Shown here: piece by piece, positions 13,601 through 26,966 of the stretch | How positions within the stretch are numbered: position 1 is the stretch's first letter | Layout: each line of letters begins with the position of its first letter | Source of the DNA: Tubulanus polymorphus | Lineage: Eukaryota > Animalia > Nemertea | Direction of reading: 5' to 3' | DNA: 64,000 nt | NCBI RefSeq assembly: GCF_964204645.1 | Contig: NC_134028.1 | Span: 8,680,001-8,744,000 of the forward strand | The notes under the pieces: generated by a model | The model's database searches: none | What the model was told of the DNA's origin: nothing | The model's input: the letters and a program-made list of their open reading frames with translations, nothing else | Program-made: the position numbers and the translations under genes

Positions 13601-16600
13601 GTTTGCATAATTTCAAGACAAATTCCTTTCAGCGTTTTGAAATATGCTGCTTTTTAAGCTAAGAAGAACCCCAGGGGCCGGTTTTATTCACAGGTATCAA
13701 CTTTGACAGGTATCAAACAATTGGGCATTTTTGACTAGGTTTATGTACTGTTTTATGTTTCATCCATCTCCTAACTCTCAATTTAGTAAATATGAGATAA
13801 AAAATCTAATCAATTACTATCGTGTCTGTTAAGTCACGAAGTCTGCAGGAGTTGTACCCTTCGAATCTATGTCCTTGAATTAGTTCCGACTGTAAATACG
13901 TTTTTTTCCGCGTGAATATCGATTTGTTTTTAGGTATTTTTGTATTCTCTTTTTTTTTCTCTACTAGTCTGAACTTTCTGAACGAAATAAAGAAATTCAT
14001 TATCGTTATTGTTATTCAACGCGGGGGTTTAACGTAATTGGAAATGAACTGAGTTAACCGCCTGGGTGAAACCCGGCGAAGGGTCTCAGTAAGGAGCTTA
14101 GGTGTTCGAAGCGTTAACGGAGTGTGTTGCGGGTTTAATCCCGTACAATCTGCCAAACTCGTTTTTTACCGACAGGATCACTGACTGTTCTTAGATTCAT
14201 TAGGTGCTGTTTGAGTTCTTCTTGAATTAGTTCTAGGACAGTTGTTTACTATGTAAGCAATTAATGCCGCAGTGTAATGTTTTTATAATGAATCGAGGTC
14301 TCTCTCGCTCTCTCTCCGCCTCATTACTGTAACTTGCAAACTATTCCGATAAAATCGTTACGCGAAGAATCGTAGAGCAGCTGGTGTTATCCGGGTATCG
14401 AATTTAGTGTAAAAACAGGTTGTCGGTGTAGGTTAGTTTGATTTTATTAATTAAAACAATGAGCTTTCAATGCAAGTGATAGCATCTAGCTGTTCGATGC
14501 TACTTGTTACATATACCGTACACAATTTTTTTCTTAACTTGAATTCATCCCATGAAACTGGCTGCGTAATTCTTCGTAATAAACACAGGCATAACAACGA
14601 TTTTTTTTAGATACAACGATAGAAAACCTTACATTTCGTCCAAAGTTAGAAATTTCAAGAATTAAGACTATTTAAAGAGCATTTAAAGCAATTTCAAGGA
14701 TTCAAAAATGCTTGTTTGCCTTTGGCACTCATTCGCTGTGGCGGGAAGTATGGCATATTATATTAATTCTCACCCACCTTTGACAAATCCTAGCGATGCC
14801 TCTGATAGTGTTGCCGTAATCTCTGCAGGGCCAGATTTCATGAAACTGTTAAAGCTTAAAACGATTAAGTTTGAATTGTTGGCGTCATTGAAAACAGCAA
14901 TGGCTATTACACCAAAAATTTGAGTTGAACCTTTTTTTTTTTGCGAAACCTGACGCAGGTGGTATGCAAGGATGCGCGCCTAGAAGCCGTTTTTTGAAAA
15001 AAACTAGTGTATGCATTTGTTTGTCAGTGTAACTGAGGCTAACAGCAATACACGACGGAAAAGACGTGTCAAAGGCGAAATTTTGTCTGTGTGATTGTTA
15101 AACGTATCAGTTTATGTTTTGACGGGTGGCAATGTTTTTTTATGCGTATGGGATTTCATTTTCATTTACATTCGAAAAAAGCGAACAGGAAATTTTAGCT
15201 CGAGAATGTTTTTGATATCGGTGTGCGTGGAAAGGTTACACGGAATGTGTATGTCTTCAGGGTTAAATTCTTGAGGGGGGAGAGAAAGAGAGAACTGTTC
15301 AAAGAAAATACAGTTTGTCATTTCGATAGTTAGTTTTGTACATGTGTTGCATAATAATACTAATATTACAGGGTTTATTCTGAAATACACTTACCCAGAA
15401 CTACATAAATCACCAACTGGCAAATATTCTGAAGATTTTGAATAAATGTGAATATCATAAGGCCAGAGTTTTTAGCCCACAAGGGCTATTATGTTCACAT
15501 TTATCCATTGCCCATTCATTCAACCATCCATTGACAAAATGCTGTTATTCTCGGAAGTTTGCAAAATCCTTTGATGTACATATTATCATAAGCCAAATGA
15601 GAAAAATGTTAATATTAGTTATTTCAAAAATTCATAAAGACTATAGTATTTATGAATTTTTGGTTATTTGTAAAAACGAATGCGCCAGTCAGATTTTTTC
15701 GGGATAGAGAAATCAGTTTTATCAATATTTCATTTCTACAAATGCTATTTAATTTTGTGTCATTTCCCGGGCATTCATAGAGCCCTGCCGTACTGAAGTG
15801 GTATTTTAAACAAAAAATTGTAGCTTATAACATGTTCTATGATTGTGGCGAGTTTCAAGGTGATTGATTTCTGTTTCTGAGGGGCATTGAATTTTGAAAT
15901 TGTCAGATCATAGAGCATTTCAGACCACTTTCTAAGTGGGCGTGCTGTCCCTGGATTCTTAGCTTAAACGGTTAAGTGGTAAATAGAATTTAGCGATTTC
16001 AGGGAAAAATACTTAGAAGTTATTTATTCGCATATTTCAGACTGGATGAAGATGGAAAAGTTTTAACACCCGAAGAGATTCTGTATAGAGTGAGTGTTTT
16101 TAACTGATCGTGTAATTTAACTGATGATGTATCTTCCCGTCGGCGGGGATTCGAACCTGATGGCATCGCTAGACGCAGCCATGGCGCGAAACCAGGCCAA
16201 ACTAGACCGGGTGCGCAGGTTTTTTGCTAGAAAAATTGCGGCACCAATCAGCGTGCCTGTGGTATAATCGATGAGGCAAATTTCACGGTAAAACTAATTG
16301 AAATGGGATATCTGTTTGGATAATAATGATATCATCTAAGCCGTGCACTTGGGCTAGTGTGGCAGGGTTTCAGTACTGCGACGAGTCTCAATGCGATTGT
16401 GTTCAAATCCCTGCCTGGGGAGGATGCTGATGTTGCAGTCAAATTTCTTCGAGTGATTTTTTGTGCGGCCCCTTACTAAGGCGTCGCTTCATTTTTTATT
16501 TGTGTTTCTTCCTTTTGTTAACAATATCGTATATTTTTCATTTATAGTGTGTCCAAGCAGTCAATTTGTCCCATGATGTTGCCCATGTCCAAATGGATGT

Positions 16601-19600
16601 CAAATTCAGATCACTGATTTGCGCAGGCCTTAAGTAAGTATAGAAAAACGCTATTTTTGTGATCCCTCTACTGGCTAGGTACGATTAAAGGGAATTGTTT
16701 GGCTCAAGCCCGCCCTGTTTTTTTGGGGGGTTCCATTTTTGTAGAGGTGCAACTTTTATAAGGTGCGCACACCAAAGGCAGGTAGTTTTAGTCGGAGACC
16801 TGGAAGTGCATGAGTATTTTGTACCAATGTTTCTTGAATTCAACCATTTTAAGCTTTCCTCGCGAACGTTTCTGAATAGATAACATTTTCGCCGTCTTTT
16901 TTCCATTCCTCCTAAACGCTTTTTATTTCATATTTTCTTTTTCTAAAATGAAAGAAACCTTAACTAATAATTTCAGCGAACAAGTTTTACACTTATGGTT
17001 AGAGACGCTGTGTTCTTGCGTCGAGGTGATCGAAAAGTGGTATCATCCGTGGTCGTTCATGCGAAGTCCCGGCTGGGTTCAAATCAAGTGCGAACTGAGG
17101 TAAGTCCGAACTATCACTGAATCTTTGATTTCCCGGATGCAGATCCAAAAGATTTTTCTATTCGTTAGTTGCATTTTGATGTGGCGTTTAATGTTGTTTA
17201 TCGTTTCGTACTTCAGCCTACGTGTTTTTCATCGTGTTCGTTCGTTGATTGCGTTTAGTGTAACAATACTTCAGATTGTATAGCAAGGGGACCCAAAGTC
17301 TACAAAACATCCGCTAAAAGTCCACAAAAGATTTTTTACGCTTATTTTTCTTGAGCGGGTATTTTGCAGTCAGGCTGTTTACCATCATTGAAATCGGGTG
17401 ACATGTTGAAGTTTTATTGATTAAAAGACTAAGTTCGGTTTTATGTTAAGCGTATTAAAACTCCAGTGAGAGGGTCAAGTTTTTTTTAAACGAGCCGCCC
17501 AAGAATTCTGTCTGCGAACATCCCTGCACAGGGAACGCTTCTGAATTTATGTCGTATACTCTTCTCTACAGGGTGACCCGATATAACACCAAGTCCCTAC
17601 CTGCCCAATTTTTAGGCCACTTGGGACTCAAGTCCCAATGGGTGATTGCATTTATATAGACGGAATCTGATTTTTATGTTACTTGGTGCTGGACTTATCG
17701 AGCGTTTATAGTGAGCGAAGTAAAAGCCGTGTGCTCGATGACTGACGTCAAATCAAGTACATGCAAAATCGCTAAAAAAAGCCATGTTTGGGACCTACAT
17801 CGACCACTCGTCCAAATGAAGATTGGCGCTTAATAAATTGAATTATAAATACGAATGGAGGACCCAAAAAATACATAGATTGCTACGACTTTGATATCCG
17901 ATGATGATTATCTATTCCGACTGTTTGGTTAAGTGTGTGAAAGTGACTAAATTATAAATATGACCAATGAAGCATAACATTAGAAAAATGTCATGATGAA
18001 CGTGCACGCATTTGTACTCAGTTTTTAAAATACTGCTTTTCAGAAAAGAATTCAAACCTAACGTTCTGATGGGGGTGGCAATTTTTATTTGGACACTCTG
18101 TACGAGTTATCGCTCTGCACTTATGGATGTAGCGTTGATTTACTTCCCGATAACCTTCACGAGCGGGGAATATAAGTTCGAGATATCTCAGTAATTCAGT
18201 ACAGATGTACTCTGCTCTGCGGAGGAGGAGAGCGTGTTTACAAGTTGTCAGCGGTTTAACCTTGAATCATTTCGAGTTATCATAAATTCTAGCTATGCGG
18301 CACTTCAGTTCGTGGTACGTTTTTACCTTTTCGTATGTGCATAATTCCATTTAAAAAACGAGCTGCATATAGCTGCAGTTCAGTTCACAGTACTTTCACC
18401 TTTTTAAGTGAATGTGCGTATTGCGGTTGTTCAAACTTCCACTGAATCGCTGAATTTTATATTAATTTTGCTGAATCGTTGATTATTTTTTTATATATTT
18501 AGTCATTAGGAGCGAAATCGGGTTGGAATTGATAATGGAAAGTTTCGTCCATCGGCTCTTAGCCATTTGAAAGTACCGGGAGAAGCCTTTTGGAAGTACT
18601 GCGAAATGTGCACAATGTCAATGAATTTTTCAAGAACATACTTAAATGACATGCTATTGAACCCATTACTATCTATGTCATCAATATTGAACATGCTTAC
18701 TACAGTTGTGTTATGCACCAAGGTTTCATCTTTATACGTTATTGCAAATCCGAGAATTTCATGCTCAAAACTAAAATTACTTAGTTGATCCGACTGGATC
18801 CGTGGTCCTTATTTGCGAAATACGCCGAATCCATATGAATTTTATGTAGTCTAAAGAAATCTTCCAAATTCGGTCCATATTTGATCGAATTTAGTGATAA
18901 GAAATATCATATAGTATTGGGGAGAATTTCAGTTGGGCTACGGTAATGGATGTACCAGTAAGGATTGTGTACCGGTATCCCATAGTGATATTACCAGGGA
19001 TTATCTAGCTTATGGCTGTAAGGCCAACATCTTAGCTACACGTCGAAGTTGTTTTCACCTCATGTACCTGACAAAACTTTTGATAGAAAGGAGGGGTATC
19101 CCAGTACAGCTATACCAGTGCATCTGAGCAGAATAAGGCTCGGAATCCTTCGCCATGTTTGGTACTCCTACTAAAAAAAATTCCAAATTTCATTGTCAAT
19201 TTGTCTCTCCGAGAATTCTTTCCTACTTATTTTTCATACGCATAACTGGTTTTTGCCCCTATTTCCTTGTCAATTTGTCCCTCAGTACCCATGGATTTCA
19301 TACGAATAACTGGTTTTTGTTATCTTTCCTACTTATTTTTTCTTATCTTTCCCCGTAATGAAAAATTTTATTCTTCTTTGGCACGTCATTCTATGAAATA
19401 CCCTTATGGGGACCCCTAGGGGCTGATGTTAAATGAAAATACTTTTTGTAAAGCTTAAGACCGACTAGGCAATTTTTTAGTGAACGAGGATGCTGTAAAA
19501 GAAGTTCATTTGTTACTCTTTGTTTTTGAGATAGAATTTTGATCGTATGACTTCAAGAAGTGGTATTTTAGTAACTACCGCAGCCGCATAAATATAAACG

Positions 19601-22600
19601 AGTACAGAAGCAAAGATAGGCGATGTTGGCAATGTTTTTGTTGCCTGATTTCATGGTGGTAAATGGCAGAGACAGATCTAAATGGATATTTTCCGTATTT
19701 TGGGATGTGGTCTAGAATTTCAAAACCGTGCCATTTTTTAAATCATTCTGGGGCAGGGATCCAGGCTCTCAAACAAGTTCACCAACGTTTGGTGCCTCTC
19801 TATACTCTCGGGTACCCTATGGGAATGGATGGAAATGCATATACCTTGAGAGGCAGTCATTTCGTAGACGGCCTCCCTGATCTATTGTTGCTTTAAAACT
19901 TTGTCATTTCCGTAAAAACTTGTGTTGAATATCACCGTAGAAACAATTGTCGTCGTCACGGTGACGATTGTTAGTTTTTTTTGTTTGCATGTTTTTGATT
20001 TATCGTCGTTGCACACATTTGTGTTTTGTTGTGTTTCAGGATTTTGTCACAGTTTGCGTTCAATTTGTCTCAGGATTGGGAACTTCCGAAAAAGAAACCG
20101 GTCACGTTTCAACAAGTGAAGGCCAGCGTGCAGGATATGTTGATAAAACATCATTTATTCAGTTGGGAAGTTTGAAGACCGTCACTGTCCGTAGACGTAA
20201 TAAGAATATGATATCTAGTCTGTGAATTCGCGATAGGGAACTTTATAAGCGGAACAGTTTCACATTACCCCCAATGCCATATTACATTGGTTCAATTGTT
20301 CCGCCGCGAAAGAACGACCCCGATTCTAATCATGAACAAAATAAGATTGAATTGAGTTTAGGAACGGACGCGGATCCAGGGAGTCTAGTGGTCCTTGTAC
20401 GAGACCCTCAAATGTTTTGTCGTCTTTCTATGAATGAACTCGCTCGCGACTGCCTCATAAACTTTCTCTTGTGTAAAACAGTAAGATGAGGAAAAGTATA
20501 TTCTAACGGGAAACGCAGTGGAATGCATCTCGCCGATGCGTGAATTTTCAAAGGCGATGCGTTTACTGTTACTGCATCTCCTGTGTGATTTAGATTATCT
20601 TAAATGTGCGAACGAGACCTTCGAAACTACTTCTTGGATCCGTTCGCGACGAATTTGGTACCGGCACGTTACCAGTACGCTACCGACGATCGGTATTGAC
20701 TAGTCAAAACATTCTCAGGCTCCCGATTACGAACACCATCTCAGGAGCCACCGAAAAGAGATAACAAGAAAGATTAGGAAAAGGCATCGACTACTAACAA
20801 AATCGTCGATTGCCGCAGTTGCGTCGCCGGTACCGCATTCAATTGAAATTATAGAAGTCGATGATTCAGAGTTCTTCGTTTGAACAAATTTTAGCCGCGA
20901 AATCTCTCTTCAGTTTATATATGTATATATATTGCATTTATTTCGTGTTTTATTTCGACATGTAGAGTTTACATCTTTTCCTGTTCATTTTCTCGATCTC
21001 TCGTTATCAGTTGTTGTAAATGATGGTATCGATGTGCAGCCTAGAATAGATACACCTTCAGCCATTTACCGGTGAACAGTGTTTTTGACAAGGCGTTTTT
21101 TTAAATCTTAGCGTACATCGACAAAGTGACTGGAGACAACTAGTTGCTAGTGAGCGAGACTCCGTGTACGTCGAGACATCAGTAAAAACCAGCAACTGCT
21201 TGGCTCATGCCGGTCGCTAGGTCCATCGCGCGTACATGGACAGCAACTGAGATGTGTAATCTAGCAAATATTCTCGAGGGTATCGCAAGTCACGTGACAA
21301 ATTGCTTTGTTTTAATCAGTTGTGCCATGTGTTGTTGATAATGGAGTGCTCACATCGAGGGATATGACAGCAACTGAGTGCAACTAGTTGCTCAAAAGTA
21401 GAACATGGGCGACTGGCTGGAACTGGAGATAGATGGACGCTAACCAGTCGTAAGCTCGCTCACATCGACAAATTCGTGCTACTGATTGTATCCAACCAGT
21501 TGCTCTCATGTGCCGAAAATTGCCCGGCAACTAGTTTTCTCCAATCGCAGTGTCGATATACGCTTTAAAGTGGCGACCACCGCTGCCATTTTCACTCAAT
21601 CCACCTCTCTAAAAGTCAATTGTCCCTGTTAAAAAATCTGCTACCACTTGACATGAGTCGATGTTAATAATGATCCATCACTGGCGAAATACTACGATTG
21701 TTTTGTTAGCAATTAGTTATTAATATGACGGCTGAGTGCGCTAAAATTAACGTTCTTTTTCAATTTTGTTCTTTTTTGGGGGGGACCGCAAAAACTCCAA
21801 GAAAATACTAACCAACTTTGGCCAACGACGGTCACAAAGTTTTACTCCTGAATCACGAAGGCAGTCCCTCTAAAATGCCAGCTTGTGTCGAACAGTGCAT
21901 TTGTTTGTGAAGTCATGATGGCCACTTTTCGAGGGTGATGTGATTAATAACTAAATGTCGCATTCTTGTTCATTTGCTGTTCATCATCAATTTTTAACTA
22001 CAAGTGTCACTGTTGAAGTCCTGAATATGCGAAATCTAAAGAATCATAAAGAAATGTTTTAAGTTTGAATAGGTGGTAAGTCCAGGCTGCATATTGATAC
22101 CTGCATTGATGTATGTACATAGCGTGATACCCCGTCGATAGTCAGAATGGAGGGTGTTATGTGTTCATGGCCAGTTTTTTGGAGGAGGGACGGGGGTGGT
22201 ATAGGACACATTCCAGAACGTCGCACATCTGAGCTGAATCTCATTTTCCGCTATGACTACAGCTGCTGCATATGAGGTTTTTACTTTGAATACTCATTTC
22301 AAATCTTAGGTATTTTTTTGCAAAGGATCGCATAACGTCAAAACCCGGGCCACCCCAAACCCATGGTTCAGGCGTAGGGTATGGGTTTCGTTGATGAAAC
22401 GAAACATTTTAAGTCGATCTTTACCCAAAAATCAGTATTTCCTTTGAAATGAACTCATCCGCGCGTTCGCTATTAGTGAAAGCTCGTATACTTCAAATAA
22501 ACAGTGTACAATCGAAGTACTATTTATCTACACATTTAAGGATTTGACCTCCACAACTTTGCAAAATATTCCTATTGTTAAAGCTGATCCATGGATTTGG

Positions 22601-24802
22601 GCTGCCCCAGGGTTTGAATGATGCGATGCTTGCGTCAGTTTAGGTATCCACTGATGGCTATATGTACGGGTCAGTTGCACAGTGTACATATATCCATCAG
22701 TGACAATCATAGCTTAGATTTAAGACCAGTCGAAGGTCGTCTTTGTTTTATACCCGATGTTACAACTCAAGATCGGTCTTAGACCATCCGAAGACTGCTT
22801 TTGGATTTCAGTCACGACTCCAACTGAACCCAGGGGCCGGTTTCATAGTCCGGGCTTAGACTTACGACCAGTCCTTAGAACATCTTAGTTTTATGGCCAA
22901 TCTAACGAAGACCAGTCTTAAGATTTAAGATTTTGGACTTACGTGTAAACTATGGAACTGACGCCCGGCCCCAGTTTTATAGACTGGTATTACCTTTAAC
23001 CCGGTGGCTAACTTAATTCATTTTCGATTGAGTTAGACCTCGGGTGAAAGATAATACCAGTCTACAAAACTGGCCCCAGGGCTATGCCGAGCAATGGTTG
23101 CTATAAAAGGGTACTGGGTGCTTGCATATTTCTCCTCAAATATACCGTCTAAGAAATATGCCCTTTGATCTTTGCGCTTGTTATTCAATTCGTTCACCTG
23201 CGTCAATGGGGCCTAGTAAAATTATATTTTTTTTCTTTCATTCCGCCAGTTATAAATATTCAAAGATCTCTCTGTTAAGAAAAAAAACTGTTGTAAATTT
23301 TATGTTGTTTTATGTACACTTTTATTGTTTGAATCATTTATGTTTGTCAGCGTTTTTGACACGGAATTCGTCTAGAATCGGAGGTGAACGAATTCGCCGA
23401 GATTTTTTGTTTGTTTACGTAAACGGATGAGTTCCCGCGTGTATTTTGAAGTCGTACCGTATATTTCGACGAATCGAGCTGGTGTCAAGTGGTCGTTTCG
23501 AAAAATAGTTCGAGAAAGCGAAACGCTAATCGAAACGAAATTTCATTTCGAACGGAATGAAAGATATGTATCAAGCGGTGTTTCGGCGAGGTCAAGATGA
23601 GACAACGAGTTAGTGAATAATTTTCAATGGGCTTGCCTCAAAATTTATTAGACGCTTACTAGAAATTCAGCACGCGTGATTTCATCTTCGAAAGTTGGTT
23701 AAGGTTAACCGGTTGATACATGCGTGGTAACAATGAAGATTTGTCAATTGAATAATCAGCTGTCGCTTGATTCGGATCGGTTTGATTCGGATTTTCATTT
23801 GTTTTCGGGCTAAAATTACAGTCCCCGCTAGGTTTTTCGAAAAAATTTTCCAGTCCCTGGTGATCCGAATTAAGCGAGTTCTACTGTGGTTAACTATAAG
23901 CAACTTTTGAGAAACTGACCCCTTGGGCCGGTTCACCAAACTCTTAGTTAAAATTAATATTAAGTTAACTCTATAGAGTAAAATTTAACTCAGAACTGTG
24001 GAACTGGACCCTGGGGGCAGCTTAACACTTTGCAATGTAATATTTTCAAAAATCTGCAAATATCTCCGCATTCGCCGAGATATATAATATTTTTCGTCAC
24101 GCAAGTCGGCACGAACTAGGGGGTACCCTTTTAGACTCTCGTTCACGCAAAATTAACTATACTTTTCATTTCTGGGTTGAAATGTTTAATTTTTCAGCAT
24201 TGTAAAATGATATTGGTCGGTTATCGGACCATAGTTTGGTACGATGACAAAGTGAAACTCCATCATTGCTAGATGTGAATCGGATAAGTGATATTAGCCG
24301 TGACCACGCAAGGTTTATCGGCCTGGGCCAACTATTCACTTATGGGTACCAGATAGGACAGCGCCTGTTTGGCCAGATTTTAGCGCGGTTCAAATTATCG
24401 AGTGTGAATTGTGAACTGGTTCCGAAAATGACTCACTTCGCTTAGTTAAAGCTACTATGAGCAATTATTTCATTATTGAGATAATTGCTCGAGGGTTTAA
24501 GTATTTTTTAGTATCGAGTGAGTGGTTTATGTGAGAATGTGCTCTCTTATTAGGCTCGGGCCAAATTTGACTCGGTGCTTGGTCCAGGACAATTTTGCCC
24601 GGGCCATGTGATCGCGGCTATTGATGTGATAGGTTTCATGCGATTTATGAATGTTTGTTTATATTTCAGATTATTGGCCCAGTTCGCGTTTAATCTGTCT
24701 CCGAATTGGGAAATCCCCACTAAGAAAGAGACGGGAATTCCGCTTAAAGAGGGTGTGCGCGATATGTTAGTGAAGCATCATTTGTTCAGTTGGGATATAT
24801 AA
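7693..24802 (+). CDS. SGSM3: Small G protein signaling modulator 3 (TBC C-terminal part, SH3, RUN); 5' exons not found in the window. Exons: 7693-7838, 7925-8023, 8990-9121, 9537-9746, 10560-10715, 11117-11280, 12101-12194, 12589-12659, 16041-16089, 16548-16633, 16977-17099, 24670-24802
   Basis: All introns are GT-AG and the joined exons keep one frame (1463 nt plus 1 upstream base). Peptides [42 protein letters not shown] / [25 protein letters not shown] (SH3), [43 protein letters not shown] and [19 protein letters not shown] closely match SGSM3 as I recall it. Confidence 0.96.
8150..8885. repeat. Intronic minisatellite, ~44-bp unit (CTCTGCCATCTAATGGCCAGCTAGTCAGTAAGCAGCATCACTC-like), roughly 16-17 copies with alternating variants
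   Basis: Repeated ctctgccatctaatggc anchors fill most of the 8024-8989 intron. Confidence 0.93.
11330..11560. repeat. Three degenerate tandem copies of an ~80-90-bp unit
   Basis: Repeated catagaat(t/a)gaaaa(a)tatg...tagtcc(g/t)ctatg..gggg. Confidence 0.7.
12775..13190 (-). mobile_element. 3' end of a degraded L2/CR1-type LINE
   Basis: Minus strand reads LNDLTPEYL...[33 protein letters not shown], typical of the L2 ORF2 C-terminus, followed by an AATAAA and (ATT)n-like tail. Confidence 0.75.
16131..16426. mobile_element. ~300-bp TIR-bounded element; second copy inverted at ~25880-26216
   Basis: Ends atcttcccgtcggcggggattcgaac and gttcaaatccctgcctggggaggatg; the internal sequence recurs reverse-complemented at 25880-26216. 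Confidence 0.78.
20040..20175 (+). CDS. SGSM3: Alternative (duplicated) terminal exon of SGSM3: (R)[44 protein letters not shown]
   Basis: T-rich tract and TTTCAG acceptor ending at 20039; same phase as the donor after 17099; open frame to TGA at 20173-20175; aligns over its whole length with the 24670-24802 exon. Confidence 0.88.
21108..21567. mobile_element. MITE-like element with TIRs and internal CAACT/AGTTG subrepeats
   Basis: agcgtacatcgacaaagtgactggagacaactagttgc pairs with gcaactagttttctccaatcgcagtgtcgatatacgct. Confidence 0.72.
22830..23080. mobile_element. Two abutting short palindromic MITEs with GGGCC(A/G)GTT-type termini (related ends at ~13672, 14826, 23900-24015, 29730, 57897)
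   Basis: ggccccagttttatagactggtattacctttaacccg pairs with cgggtgaaagataataccagtctacaaaactggcccc; caggggccggtttcatag pairs with ctatggaactgacgccc. Confidence 0.72.
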
Positions 24803-24994
24803 AACTCGAGCCCCATCCCCGAAATAATCAGCTTATCATCGGCGTGACTAACAAATGGGCCCAGATTCACAGACGTGGGGAGGGGGGGGTCGGAAGCCAA
24901 GTCTGGTTTCATTGAGCTCACAACGGTGAACTGTTGTCCTCATGAAGAAGTCATGTCCTCAAGATACATGCAGTAACAAATAGCGAAATAGCGA

Positions 24995-25000
24995 AATAAA
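24995..25000 (+). promoter_or_regulatory. Candidate polyadenylation signal AATAAA downstream of the distal SGSM3 terminal exon
   Basis: AATAAA about 190 nt after the stop at 24802; hexamer only. Confidence 0.3.
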
Positions 25001-25879
25001 CCAAATATACCTTTGAGTTTAACTGTACTTCGTGAGATCTTCGAAATATGTCAAACCACAGTTACTCATTGTTAGTTACCTTCTACGCCAACAAGGTTTG
25101 AACTCGAGTGGTAACTTCGACGCCCAGTCTTCTAGCCCAGAAATTAGCGAACCTGCTGGAGTCTCTACGGACATCGTCAGTTTTTAGATATCGTCAGCCT
25201 TGTTATTCATAACACGTCACGTAGCCACTGCCAAAAAATATATTCGAAAACAACGCGTTGAGGTTATCTGCACTTCCTTGACTATTCGATAAAAAACTAT
25301 GAATTATGCATTTGAGTACGTGGCGAGGGACATACCTCTTGAGTTTAGTTTCATTAAACTCGATACAGTAAACAAACAGACGAACAAGCTACACTTTTGC
25401 CATACTTGTTCGTCGTTTTTTCACGTATTTACCGGAAAAGTGCTCAAACTGCCATTACGCCCTTATTGAGTCTGTTGTACGTATATAGATGTAGAGGGAA
25501 TGTTTTGAAGATGGGTTCATTCACCTACTCGTACTTTGTTCCCCTGTACTTTCCGATTCAAGGTTTACGCATAAACCAAATAAACAGTACACTCCTATAA
25601 CTCAAATCATTTAGGGACCAGTACCGTGACTATGTATCAAGTTTAGACGATTAAGATTTGTGTTCGAGTGAATGCGATTTGTAAGAGTCAGGAGGAATTT
25701 ACTATAATTTCTCCAGTCCCAAATACAGCTGTTGCAATTAATGATCTGCTAAGAATTGGAGCATTTTAGGTTAGCCATCTGACAGGCATAGTAGCATGCA
25801 ATGTGCCTAAACAGCTTATAATAGGTCCATATATAAATGGGGCTGTCCCATCATTTCAGTAACTGGTAAAATTGTTGCA

Positions 25880-26216
25880 ATCCTCGCCCGGCAGGGATTT
25901 GAACGTGGTGGCATCGAGATTGGCACGTTTTGAAATCCTGCCACACTAGACCGAGTGCGCAGCTACACGCGCAGCTTAAATGATGTAATCATTCGCCAAT
26001 CCGATATCCCGTTTTATTTCAGCCCGGGTTTTTCCGTTAATAGTTCTTCTCTCTGAAATTTGCCTCAGCGATTATACATCTGATTGGTGTCGCATGTTTT
26101 CGTGCGGCAAACCTGCGCATGTACCTGCGCACCCCGATCTAGTGTAGCAGGGTTTCCTGCCGTGGCTGAGTCTAACGATGGTATTATAGGTTCGAATCCC
26201 TGCCAGGGGAGGATGA
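25880..26216. mobile_element. Second, inverted copy of the 16131-16426 TIR element
   Basis: Ends atcctcgcccggcagggatttgaac and ggttcgaatccctgccagggggaggatg. Confidence 0.78.
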
Positions 26217-26671
26217 GTGATTAACCACTGATATCAACTGATTGAATATAGAATTCAACTTTAGAGCAGCTGATGTTCAGTACGTCATATGCGACTAGCT
26301 ATCTTTACATTATAATCTCTAAATGCTGAAAATAGAGATACCAGTAGTTGTCGGAGAAATTATCCGGTACTTTATATATAAGGCAACCCTGATGCTTCAA
26401 GTCATTCCGATTGGATTTTGGTTAATTCTAGTCAAAGAATTCCGTTTGCTGTTGTTCTTGTTTTCCTCGCTCGCCTGGTTTTGGTTGCCCTTCGGCGGGG
26501 TTATGCTAAACACGCAATAACGGAATACAGTGAAACCAAGGCCATGGCAAACGAGAATGGAAACCAGGGTTGTTTCATCTTGGAGTAATCATTTGATTTT
26601 CCACTGATTACTCCAAGGTTCCGTGCAACGATACTGGGGACCCGTTTATGGGTTAGGTTCAATACGGTATT

Positions 26672-26966
26672 CTGCTTTCAACTTGCTGTCTGTACATACC
26701 CCAGCCCCACGCCCCCCCCCCGCCACCCCGACGTTCGACAGACGTTCACTATTTTCCCAAAACATGTTCTATTCGTCCAGGCGTCGCCTCCCCTCGTGGC
26801 AGTAGCCCAGACATTTTTTCTCATTGAAAATGAATTAGATTGTCATGTCTGAACCGTCAATTTTTGACAGACATTCACCATTTTTGAACAATATGTTCGT
26901 CCAGACTTCGCCGTTCAAGAGGTGATCGTCAGATTGGGTAGGGTACAGACAGCGGATTGACAGCTG
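26672..26966. mobile_element. MITE-like element
   Basis: gctgtctgtacatacccc pairs with gggtagggtacagacagc; internal repeats of aacatgttc/aatatgttc-gtccag. Confidence 0.55.

Noticed and set aside
16140-16170. GGGGATTCGAACC as a tRNA gene (also ~26190 and ~48590)
   Set aside because: B-box-like motif only; no cloverleaf, and it lies in repeat termini.
18506-18788. Overlapping ORFs on both strands that look somewhat protein-like
   Set aside because: No recognisable motif or convincing splice sites; cannot be supported without a database search.
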